A DNA stretch of 64,000 nt from Candidatus Nomurabacteria bacterium RIFCSPLOWO2_01_FULL_39_18. GTDB taxonomy: Bacteria; Patescibacteriota; Minisyncoccia; Phycocordibacterales; UBA9973. Made by a program: the position numbers and the translations under genes. Location of the stretch: the NCBI GenBank assembly GCA_001787005.1, contig MFUV01000006.1, positions 16,197-80,196 of the forward strand, given 5' to 3'. The notes beneath the pieces are model-generated. The model was not told the origin of the DNA and did no database searches. It saw only the letters and a program-made list of their open reading frames with translations. Positions 19,896 to 27,339 of the stretch are shown in pieces (the stretch's first letter is position 1; each line of letters opens with the position of its first letter).

Positions 19896-21173
19896 ATGTC
19901 AAAAAATTTATTTCAAGATATGGTAAAAATAAACCATGCAAAAAAAAGAGAAAATAATAATGTAACAATAAAACAACAGCCCGTAGCGCGGGAGATTGAA
20001 GAGAGGCAGGAAACGGAATACAATCCAAGCGCCCCAAGATCTCGCCACACCCTTTGGTTTGTGGCGATTATTGCTGTAGCATTCTTTGTTTTTGCCCTCT
20101 CTTATTTGTTTTCAAAGACGGAAGTCGTGATTGATCCCAAAATGAAGGACATTGCCCTAAATGAAAATTTGTCTGCGAATCTTAAAGGGGGCACGGGTGA
20201 TTTGTCTTTCGATTTAGTTGTGATTTCGGGCGAAGAAACAAAGATGGTGAAAGCCACAGAAGAAAGAGAAGTTTCGCAAAAAGCTCGCGGTACAGTTGTG
20301 ATTTATAATAACTACAGCTCGGCTACCCAGACATTAGACATAGACACTAGGCTGGAAGGTTCCAATGGCAAGATCTACAAAACCGAGAAAAAAATAGTTG
20401 TTCCAGGAATGATTAAAAGTGGCACACCCGGATCAATTGAGGTTAGGATTTATGCTGCGGAAGGGGGCGAAAGATACAATAGCGCGCCGCTTGATTTTAC
20501 GATTTTTGGTTTCAAAGGAAGTCCAAAATATTCTAAATTTTATGCCAGATCTAAGGGCGAAATAACTGGCGGCTTTAAAGGCAAATCGCATGTTGTTTCT
20601 GGGGGGGACAAAATGAATGCGCTGAATGAACTTAAGGATGTTTTAAAAGAAAAGCTCAGGAGGAAGGCCGTAGAGCAGATTCCAAGTGGATTTATTTTAT
20701 TCAAAGATGCAGTTTCTCTCGACATTGAAGACATGGAGGATGTAGAATTTTTATCTCCAAGCGATACATTGCCGATAAAACAAAAAGGCACACTCTACGG
20801 CATTCTCTTTGAAGAAAAACAACTAACGAAAAAGATAGTAGGGCGCGCAATCGAAAAATATGACGGTAGTGAAGTTTATATATTAGATATGGAAGATTTA
20901 ACTTTTTCTCTTTCTCAACCAGTCGGTCTTCCTAATTTTAGTGATTTAAAAAATATAAACTTTAATTTATCAGGTGCTACAAAAATCGTCTGGAAATTGG
21001 ATGTCGACAAACTTCGCGCTGATTTATTAAAGGTATCAAAAGGGGATTTCAACCAAGTATTATTGCAATATCCAAATATTAGCTCTGCTAAATTGTCGCT
21101 CAGCCCTATCTGGAAGAGGTCTATTCCAGACAAGCCAGAAGATATAGAAATACTCGTGAATTATCCGGAATAG
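19896..21173 (+). CDS. Conserved CPR single-TM protein with a baseplate-J-like region
   Basis: TM, KARGTVVIYN, TRL, VVPG, A..GGERYN, ITGG. Confidence 0.6.
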   Translation: MSKNLFQDMVKINHAKKRENNNVTIKQQPVAREIEERQETEYNPSAPRSRHTLWFVAIIAVAFFVFALSYLFSKTEVVIDPKMKDIALNENLSANLKGGTGDLSFDLVVISGEETKMVKATEEREVSQKARGTVVIYNNYSSATQTLDIDTRLEGSNGKIYKTEKKIVVPGMIKSGTPGSIEVRIYAAEGGERYNSAPLDFTIFGFKGSPKYSKFYARSKGEITGGFKGKSHVVSGGDKMNALNELKDVLKEKLRRKAVEQIPSGFILFKDAVSLDIEDMEDVEFLSPSDTLPIKQKGTLYGILFEEKQLTKKIVGRAIEKYDGSEVYILDMEDLTFSLSQPVGLPNFSDLKNINFNLSGATKIVWKLDVDKLRADLLKVSKGDFNQVLLQYPNISSAKLSLSPIWKRSIPDKPEDIEILVNYPE

Positions 21174-21300
21174 AAAAATTTATGAGTACAGGTAGTCCCA
21201 ATCCAACGCCCAGAACTTCCCTGGAGCAACTTGCGTGGTAAAAGAAAAGCACCAATTGTGGTGGAGCTATACTAGCATCAACTATGTTTTTCCTAGTTGT

Positions 21301-21330
21301 TTGCATTTTGTATTTGGGCTGTGATATAAT
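21301..21330 (+). promoter_or_regulatory. Promoter of the TA operon
   Basis: TTGCAT-18-TATAAT with extended TG; GTG start 6 nt downstream. Confidence 0.6.
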
Positions 21331-21336
21331 ATAGGT

Positions 21337-21555
21337 GTGAATAATTTGGCATTAAAAAACCGAACAAAAGCAATAAATTACGAGGAAAATCTTCGAAAGC
21401 TTTTAGGTTGGGAAGATTCAGAAACCAAGATTTTAAGAAAGTCTGCCGGTCTCCTGAAGGGAGTACTCAAAAAGTCCGGCGTGGCTTACCAAAGAGAGAT
21501 ACGAAAAGAATGGGAAAGTAGGGTTAAAAGACTGGGAAGACAAACGAAAAAATAA
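21337..21555 (+). CDS. Putative VapB-type antitoxin
   Basis: 72 aa; SAGLLKG..SGVAYQREIRKEW; TAATG overlap with the PIN gene. Confidence 0.7.
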   Translation: MNNLALKNRTKAINYEENLRKLLGWEDSETKILRKSAGLLKGVLKKSGVAYQREIRKEWESRVKRLGRQTKK

Positions 21556-21932
21556 TGATGTACCTACTGGATTCTAATATCCTGATAGAGTATCTCAATG
21601 GTAGTAAAAAGGAAATTGATTTTATTACTAATGCTAAGAAAAATAATGAATTCTTGAGTTTCTCTGTAATCAGTAAGATTGAAGCTTTAAGCTTGAGCGG
21701 ATTAAAGGAAGAAAGTGTTCAAGATATAGAAAATTTCTTGAACGTTTTCAGCGAGTCGTATTTAAATGATGATGTTGCTACATTGTCTGCACGACTTCGT
21801 AGAAATTTAAAATTATCTTTAGGTGATGCAATTATTCTTGCTACCGCTATTTCAGGGAGGGTAACTTTAGTGACAAACGATAAGACTTTAATAAAAAAGG
21901 CAAAAAATTTAGTGGAAATACTGTCTTTATAA
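21555..21932 (+). CDS. vapC: PIN-domain (VapC) toxin
   Basis: YLLDSNILI, E, LGDAIILATA, LVTND. Confidence 0.88.
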   Translation: MMYLLDSNILIEYLNGSKKEIDFITNAKKNNEFLSFSVISKIEALSLSGLKEESVQDIENFLNVFSESYLNDDVATLSARLRRNLKLSLGDAIILATAISGRVTLVTNDKTLIKKAKNLVEILSL

Positions 21933-21975
21933 GCTTGACTCCAAACCAAAACTTTAATATAGTTATCCCATATAC

Positions 21976-22209
21976 ATGAGTGATCCAAAAGATGAAAAAA
22001 TGGTAACCATGAGGGGAATTGTTACCGAGGCTTTACCTTCTACTTTGTTTAGAGTAAAAATGGAAGACAATGGAGAGAATCGGGAAGAAATCTTAGCGTA
22101 CTTGTCGGGTAAAATGCGCATGCATCGAATCAAGGTTTTGATTGGGGATGGAGTCGAAGTAGTGCTTGATCCTTATGGCGGAAAGGGGAGAATAATTAAA
22201 AGGCTGTAA
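21976..22209 (+). CDS. infA: Translation initiation factor IF-1
   Basis: GIVTEALP..FRV, AYLSGKMR, GRII. Confidence 0.96.
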   Translation: MSDPKDEKMVTMRGIVTEALPSTLFRVKMEDNGENREEILAYLSGKMRMHRIKVLIGDGVEVVLDPYGGKGRIIKRL

Positions 22210-22352
22210 GGGGGTTGTAATTTTTGAGAGAATGGTGTATGATGGAAACCACAGCTTGATTTCGGTTTAAAAAAATTAAAGGCATTGAAAAATAAGGGTA
22301 TTTTCCTTGTTTTTCTTTTTTGCGTAAGATATAAGTCAGAATATTTTACCTG

Positions 22353-22456
22353 TCCCGTACTAAATTTTAGATTAAATGATATATAGAGTGAATATAATCA
22401 TGAAAAATAAAAATGAATTAAAGTTAATAATTAAAAGTAAAATTTTAATACTGGGA
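22353..22456. mobile_element. TCCCG...GGGA miniature element supplying the A of the rpmJ ATG
   Basis: tcccgtactaaatttta...taaaattttaatactgggA|tg; same ends as 9114-9179. Confidence 0.75.
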
Positions 22457-22566
22457 TGAAAATTAAATCAGCAGTAAGAAAAATTTGTGATAACTGCAAG
22501 ATAGTCAGGAGAGCTAGGCATTTGCGGATAATTTGTTCCAACCCTAAACATAAGCAAAAACAGTAG
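22456..22566 (+). CDS. rpmJ: 50S ribosomal protein L36 (not in the ORF track)
   Basis: Manual translation [36 protein letters not shown]. Confidence 0.95.
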   Translation: MKIKSAVRKICDNCKIVRRARHLRIICSNPKHKQKQ

Positions 22567-22574
22567 TTTATGAG

Positions 22575-22695
22575 TCCCGTTAGAAGCCGCGGTCGCGGTT
22601 TAATATAAATAATCATGTTTATAAGTAATATAAAATTTAAAAAAATAACTAAGCACGATGACGGTTCAGTGACCGCGACCTGCTTCTAAACGGGA
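22575..22695. mobile_element. 121-bp MITE-like element in the rpsM start codon, 4-bp target duplication TGAG
   Basis: A-TGAG[tcccgttagaagc..ggtcgcggt...accgcgacc.gcttctaaacgggA]TGAG. Confidence 0.85.
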
Positions 22696-23075
22696 TGAGA
22701 ATTCTTGGCATCACAGTACCAAATGAAAAAAGACTCGAAATTGGCTTAACCTGTCTGTATGGTATTGGCATTCCAAAAGCTAGAAAAATTTTAGATCAAG
22801 CCGGCATCGGTCGAGGTGTACGCGCGAAAGACCTAACAGCGGATGATGAGAATAAAATTCGTGTCATAATTGAAAAAATTTTAATAGAAGGAAATTTAAA
22901 GAGAGAAATAGGAGCGAATATCAAAAGATTGAAAGATATCAAAAGTTATCGAGGCATCCGTCATATGAAGAGGTTGCCAGTCCGGGGCCAGCGAACAAAA
23001 ACTAATTCGAGGACAGTAAGGGGCAATGTGCGCAAGACGATGGCATCGGGAAGACGTAAGGAAACCAAGACATAA
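22695..23075 (+). CDS. rpsM: 30S ribosomal protein S13
   Basis: LYGIG, YRGIRH, LPVRGQRTKTNSRT. Confidence 0.97.
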   Translation: MRILGITVPNEKRLEIGLTCLYGIGIPKARKILDQAGIGRGVRAKDLTADDENKIRVIIEKILIEGNLKREIGANIKRLKDIKSYRGIRHMKRLPVRGQRTKTNSRTVRGNVRKTMASGRRKETKT

Positions 23076-23086
23076 TTTTATTTAAA

Positions 23087-23548
23087 ATGGGAAAAACAAA
23101 AATTATAACAAAAATAGGTGAAGGAGAAGAGAATAAACCAAGGGATGAAGCCGGGGTGGGTACAGACGAGACGAAGAAGTCTTCAAAGGTTTCAAAAAAG
23201 AAAGTAACTTCTGGCATCTTGCATATCGATGCCACATTCAACAACACCAAAGTTCTTTTTTCGGATAAAATAGGCAATACATTATTCTGGTCTAGCGCAG
23301 GTACTCTCGGTTTCCGAGGAGCGAAGAAAGGGACTCCTTTCGCAGCTTCGAAGGTAGGTGATGTAATCGGCGGAAAAGCGGCAGCACTCGGGGTGAAAGA
23401 TGCAGACGTGGTGGTATTGGGAGTTGGATCTGGTCGTGAGCCTGCCATTAGGGCATTTATGGCTCATAGGATTGAAATCACTTCCATCCAAGATGCAACG
23501 CCAGTACCCCATAATGGTCCGAAAGCTAAAAAGCCTAGACGAGTATAA
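23087..23548 (+). CDS. rpsK: 30S ribosomal protein S11
   Basis: ATFNNT, KKGTPFAA, DATPVPHNG. Confidence 0.97.
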   Translation: MGKTKIITKIGEGEENKPRDEAGVGTDETKKSSKVSKKKVTSGILHIDATFNNTKVLFSDKIGNTLFWSSAGTLGFRGAKKGTPFAASKVGDVIGGKAAALGVKDADVVVLGVGSGREPAIRAFMAHRIEITSIQDATPVPHNGPKAKKPRRV

Positions 23549-23586
23549 GTGAAAATCAATGAGCAGAGCGAATATGATTTTACTTA

Positions 23587-23687
23587 TCCCTCACCAATTT
23601 ATTGATTAAATTAATTAATAAGATAAATTAAAAGAGATAAATTATGAATAACAATAAAGTAAAATAATTAATAAATTGGTGATGGGA
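23587..23687. repeat. TCCC...GGGA inverted-repeat element between rpsK and rpsD
   Basis: tccctcaccaatttattgatta...taattaataaattggtgatgggA|tg. Confidence 0.7.
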
Positions 23688-23727
23688 TGACGATTTTTAT
23701 AGTCATTTCATTCCTTAAAAATCAGCC

Positions 23728-24333
23728 ATGATCAGTAAACCAAAATTTAAAATTTGCAGAAGACTAGGTCCAGGCGTTTATGACAAATGCCAAACTTCTA
23801 AATTTACAATTGCGACTGGAAAAGGCAGCCTGCTTGGCGCGCGCCGTCCGAAAGCTCTTTCTGAATACGGAACACAGCTTGTGGAAAAGCAAAAAATTCG
23901 TTTTTCATACGGCATATCTGAACGTCAGCTTTCAAATTATGTTGAAAAAGCGACTCATGCCAAGGGTTCTGGAGCCGCGGAGAAATTTTATGAGGAACTT
24001 GAGTCTCGTCTTGATAATGTAATATACAGAATGGGTCTCGGGGGCAGTAGGCGCTTCACTAGACAAATGGTTTCTCACGGACATTTTATTGTTAATGATA
24101 AAAAAGTTACTATTCCATCATATGAATTAAAACCTGGAGATATCATAAAAATCCGCGAAGGATCAAAAAGTAAGAAAATTTTCAGCAATATTGGCGACAG
24201 ACTCAAAGACTACAACCCCCCAGGATGGGTCGCGTTCGATTTAAATAGTATGGAAGGGAAAGTTTTAGCTAAACCAAAAAACGCAGAAACCTTCCTTGAC
24301 TTAAATGCCGTTCTTGAATTTTATAGTCGTTAA
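23728..24333 (+). CDS. rpsD: 30S ribosomal protein S4
   Basis: SEYGTQLVEKQK, LESRLDN, VSHGH, EFYSR. Confidence 0.97.
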   Translation: MISKPKFKICRRLGPGVYDKCQTSKFTIATGKGSLLGARRPKALSEYGTQLVEKQKIRFSYGISERQLSNYVEKATHAKGSGAAEKFYEELESRLDNVIYRMGLGGSRRFTRQMVSHGHFIVNDKKVTIPSYELKPGDIIKIREGSKSKKIFSNIGDRLKDYNPPGWVAFDLNSMEGKVLAKPKNAETFLDLNAVLEFYSR

Positions 24334-24358
24334 ATTTTATTAATTTGTAAAAATAATT

Positions 24359-25333
24359 ATGCTTGAATACAAAATAGTTATGCCTTCCAAGCCTCATGTC
24401 GTAGAAGAGAATGGAAATAAGGGAATATTTGAAATAGATGGTTTGTATCCTGGGTATGGTCATACTCTGGGCAATAGTTTGCGCAGAATCATCCTTTCAT
24501 CTCTTCCGGGCGCTAGTATTACATCAATCAAGATAGATGGTGTTTCTCATGAATTTAAAACTATGGATGGGATCAAGGAAGATGTGATTGTCATGATTTT
24601 AAATCTAAAAAAGACTCGCTTCAAGATGCTTTCTGACGAGCCACAGACAGTAAGCCTCTCCATCAAGGGCCCCAAAGAAGTTACGGCAAGCGATATAAAA
24701 ACAGGCGGACAGGTAGAAATTTTAAATGGGGATTTACACATCGTTTCCGTTACAGGCAAAGTGAATTTGAATATTGAAATGAGGATTGAAAAAGGCTTGG
24801 GATTTATTCCGAAAGAAGTTTTTCAAAAAGAAAAAGTTGATATCGGCACGATTGCTGTTGACGCTATTTTCACTCCGATTCGCCGAGTTTCATATGAAGT
24901 TGAAAATATGCGTGTTGGCGATAAGACCAATCATAATCGCTTAAGAATTTTGATTGAAACAGACGGCACGCTTTCTCCCCGCGAAGCTCTTTCACAATCT
25001 ATCGAGATTATGATTAATCAGCTGAAAGCCATTGTTGATTTTAAAGAACCGGAAGAAAAAGAAGAAAAAATTGAAAAGAAAAAGGGAGTCTTGGAAGAAA
25101 AAGAAAAAGGAGAAGGAGCAAGTGATTTTGCTGATATTCTAAAAACCAGAATAGACAGCTTGGATTTTTCCACAAGGACCCTAAATGCTCTTACCGGCGC
25201 GAATATTCGGACATTGGGAGGTCTTGCCAGAAAAAAGAGAGAAGATTTGCTTGAAGTCGAAGGTATCGGCGAAAAAGGAATTTCCGAGATTAAAAAGGTA
25301 CTTGGTAAATTCGGACTTAATTTGAAAGAGTAA
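24359..25333 (+). CDS. rpoA: RNA polymerase alpha subunit
   Basis: GYGHTLGNSLRR, DAIFTPI, alpha-CTD. Confidence 0.97.
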   Translation: MLEYKIVMPSKPHVVEENGNKGIFEIDGLYPGYGHTLGNSLRRIILSSLPGASITSIKIDGVSHEFKTMDGIKEDVIVMILNLKKTRFKMLSDEPQTVSLSIKGPKEVTASDIKTGGQVEILNGDLHIVSVTGKVNLNIEMRIEKGLGFIPKEVFQKEKVDIGTIAVDAIFTPIRRVSYEVENMRVGDKTNHNRLRILIETDGTLSPREALSQSIEIMINQLKAIVDFKEPEEKEEKIEKKKGVLEEKEKGEGASDFADILKTRIDSLDFSTRTLNALTGANIRTLGGLARKKREDLLEVEGIGEKGISEIKKVLGKFGLNLKE

Positions 25334-25334
25334 C

Positions 25335-25688
25335 ATGAGACACAGTAATAATAAAAGAAAATTTGGCAGAGTTAGGAAAGTTAAAGTAGCGCTGATTAAT
25401 TCTTTAGCTTGCAATTTAATTGTGCGTGAAAAAATGAAAACAACCCTACCAAAGGCGCGAGAGATTCGACCTTTTATAGAGAAGCTCATAACTCGTGCGA
25501 AGAAGGGAGATTTAGCTACTCGCCGATTAATGATTTCCAAACTTGGGAGTCGCAGTCGCGAAGTTAAAAAACTTTTCGAAGTTATAGCGCCGAAATATGC
25601 TGATAAAAATGGTGGATATACTAGAATTTTAAAATTAGGAGCAAGAACGACAGATGGGGCACCCATGGCGATAATAGAACTTATATGA
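25335..25688 (+). CDS. rplQ: 50S ribosomal protein L17
   Basis: MRH, TTLPKA, GGYTRILK. Confidence 0.96.
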   Translation: MRHSNNKRKFGRVRKVKVALINSLACNLIVREKMKTTLPKAREIRPFIEKLITRAKKGDLATRRLMISKLGSRSREVKKLFEVIAPKYADKNGGYTRILKLGARTTDGAPMAIIELI

Positions 25689-26053
25689 AAAATATAAAGG
25701 AAACAATTAGCGTAAAGTCGATTGATGCAGAAGGGAGAACCCTAGGCAGAGTAGCCAGCGAGACAGCTGTGTCTTTGATGGGTAAGACAAGGACAAGCTT
25801 CGAACGCAATGTTTATTCAGGTGTTCCGGTGAAAGTTGTGAATGCCTCAAAGCTTGCTATTACCACAAAGAAATTGGCTGAGATATATCATACGAGATAT
25901 TCAGGAATTCCAGGTGGGCTTCGTATTCTGACAGGCAGTCATACCGTGAAGACGATTGGATTGAAAGAATTAATTAGACTGGCAGTCTACCAAATGCTCC
26001 CAGGAAATAAATTACGAAGAAAAATGATGAAAAATTTAAAAATCGAAGATTAA
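25685..26053 (+). CDS. rplM: 50S ribosomal protein L13 (short)
   Basis: IDAEGRTLGRVAS, SGIPGGL, MLP. Confidence 0.93.
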   Translation: MKNIKETISVKSIDAEGRTLGRVASETAVSLMGKTRTSFERNVYSGVPVKVVNASKLAITTKKLAEIYHTRYSGIPGGLRILTGSHTVKTIGLKELIRLAVYQMLPGNKLRRKMMKNLKIED

Positions 26054-26060
26054 AAATACT

Positions 26061-26492
26061 ATGACAAACAATAAAACAAAGTCAAAACCTGCCCATTATA
26101 TAGAAGCCGTAGGAAGACGCAAGACTTCGACTGCCAGAGTGCGTATCAGAGAGTCTAATAAAACAAATTTTATTGTTAATGGAAGAGATGCAAAAGAATA
26201 CTTTAAAACAGAGGAAGAGCGCCATTTGATTCTAGGTCCTATCGCCAAGGGCTTGGGTAAGGGCAAAGCTGATGTGAAATGGAGCGTGGAAGTGCATGTC
26301 CAGGGCGGGGGAGCGCACTCTCAAGCAGAAGCTGTACGCCATGGACTCTCTAGGGCTCTGGTAGCTTCTAATCAAGAACTTCGTAAAGATTTAAAAACTC
26401 TTGGGTACCTAAAACGTGATCCTAGAGCAAAAGAACGTCGCAAATTCGGTCTGAAAAAAGCCCGCAAGGCACCGCAGTGGAGCAAGCGCTAG
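26061..26492 (+). CDS. rpsI: 30S ribosomal protein S9
   Basis: GRRKTS, GGG..SQA, RDPRAKERRK, QWSKR. Confidence 0.97.
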   Translation: MTNNKTKSKPAHYIEAVGRRKTSTARVRIRESNKTNFIVNGRDAKEYFKTEEERHLILGPIAKGLGKGKADVKWSVEVHVQGGGAHSQAEAVRHGLSRALVASNQELRKDLKTLGYLKRDPRAKERRKFGLKKARKAPQWSKR

Positions 26493-26532
26493 AAAACAGC
26501 CGGCTTGCGCCGGCTTTTTCTAGCGCTTGCTC
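26480..26532 (+). terminator. Terminator-like hairpin whose extended arm mirrors the last codons of rpsI
   Basis: gagcaagcgctagaaaa-c-agccggc-ttgc-gccggct-t-ttttctagcgcttgctc. Confidence 0.7.
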
Positions 26533-26541
26533 GGCTTTTTT

Positions 26542-26648
26542 AAATTCAGACATAATCTTTTTCCGGTACGGATTTTTCGAAGCTTAAAAAATCCTGAAGT
26601 TTTCGCGCCGTCGCGCTCAAAACCCCTGCAAAAGATATGCCTGAATTT
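26542..26648. repeat. Intergenic hairpin element with type-B-related core upstream of grpE
   Basis: Arms aaattcagacataatctttt / aaaagatatgcctgaattt; core ccggtacggatttttcgaagcttaaaaaatcctgaagttttcgcgccgtcgcgctcaaaacccct. Confidence 0.85.
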
Positions 26649-26675
26649 TTTTTATATTTGTGCTAATATACGAAT

Positions 26676-27302
26676 ATGTCCGATGAGGAAACTAAAAATG
26701 ATATTGAAAATCAGGAGCCAGAAGATCCATCTGAGGTTCTTGAATTTGAATTCAATGAAGACGGCGAAGAAGATTTAAAGAAAACCCTAAGAAAGTTCAG
26801 GGCTGATTTGAAAGTTTGCAAAACCGAAAAAGAAGAATATCTGACTGGCTGGCAAAAAGAGCGAGCCGACTTCGCCAATTATAAAAAAAGTGAGGATGAC
26901 AGGAGAGTCATGATTTCAGAAGCATTGCGGGAGAGAATACTGGCCAGGTTTTTGACGGTGATGGATAGTTTCAATATGGCTTTCGCTAACAGCGAGATGT
27001 GGAATAAGGTAGACGAAAATTGGAGGAAGGGGGTGGAATATATTTACGGGCAGATGAATGCAATTTTCGAAGAATATGGTGTGAAGGAGATAGGCGTGGC
27101 GGGAGAGAGCTTTGATCCCAATATTCACCAGCCGGTAGAAATGATGCCGACAGACAAAAAAGAAGAAGATCATAAAGTAGCAGAAGTAATTCAAAAAGGC
27201 TACAAATTAGGCGACCTGTCTGCGCAGGCAGGACGCGTTATACGTCCTGCCAGGGTGAATGTTTACGAGTTTAAAGAAAAAGAACCAGAGATAGAGCTTT
27301 AG
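26676..27302 (+). CDS. grpE: Nucleotide exchange factor GrpE
   Basis: ADFANYKK, FDPNIH, QKGY, RPARV; LSAQAG insert. Confidence 0.95.
   Translation: MSDEETKNDIENQEPEDPSEVLEFEFNEDGEEDLKKTLRKFRADLKVCKTEKEEYLTGWQKERADFANYKKSEDDRRVMISEALRERILARFLTVMDSFNMAFANSEMWNKVDENWRKGVEYIYGQMNAIFEEYGVKEIGVAGESFDPNIHQPVEMMPTDKKEEDHKVAEVIQKGYKLGDLSAQAGRVIRPARVNVYEFKEKEPEIEL
27215..27232. repeat. In-frame LSAQAG palindrome in grpE
   Basis: cctgtctgcgcaggcagg inside the GYKLGD^RVIRPA motif. Confidence 0.85.
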
Positions 27303-27333
27303 ACTCTTAGATAGAGTCTAAAGCTCTATCTCT
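27287..27333. repeat. Inverted REP doublet (family R1) overlapping the grpE stop
   Basis: agagatagagctttagactct-tagat-agagtctaaagctctatctct. Confidence 0.85.
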
Positions 27334-27339
27334 AAGAAA

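Noticed and set aside
19896-21173. Prophage inferred from the baseplate-J-like protein
   Set aside because: No other phage genes; the context is housekeeping.
21182-21334. Small ORF MSTGSPNPTPRTSLEQLAW* with a hydrophobic continuation after the stop
   Set aside because: Too short, no recognisable homology, and it overlaps the TA promoter; stop-codon recoding is not supported elsewhere in the window.
26527-26778. 83-aa ORF before grpE and the many short antisense ORFs in the track
   Set aside because: They overlap repeat elements or are shadows of well-supported genes, with no motifs.
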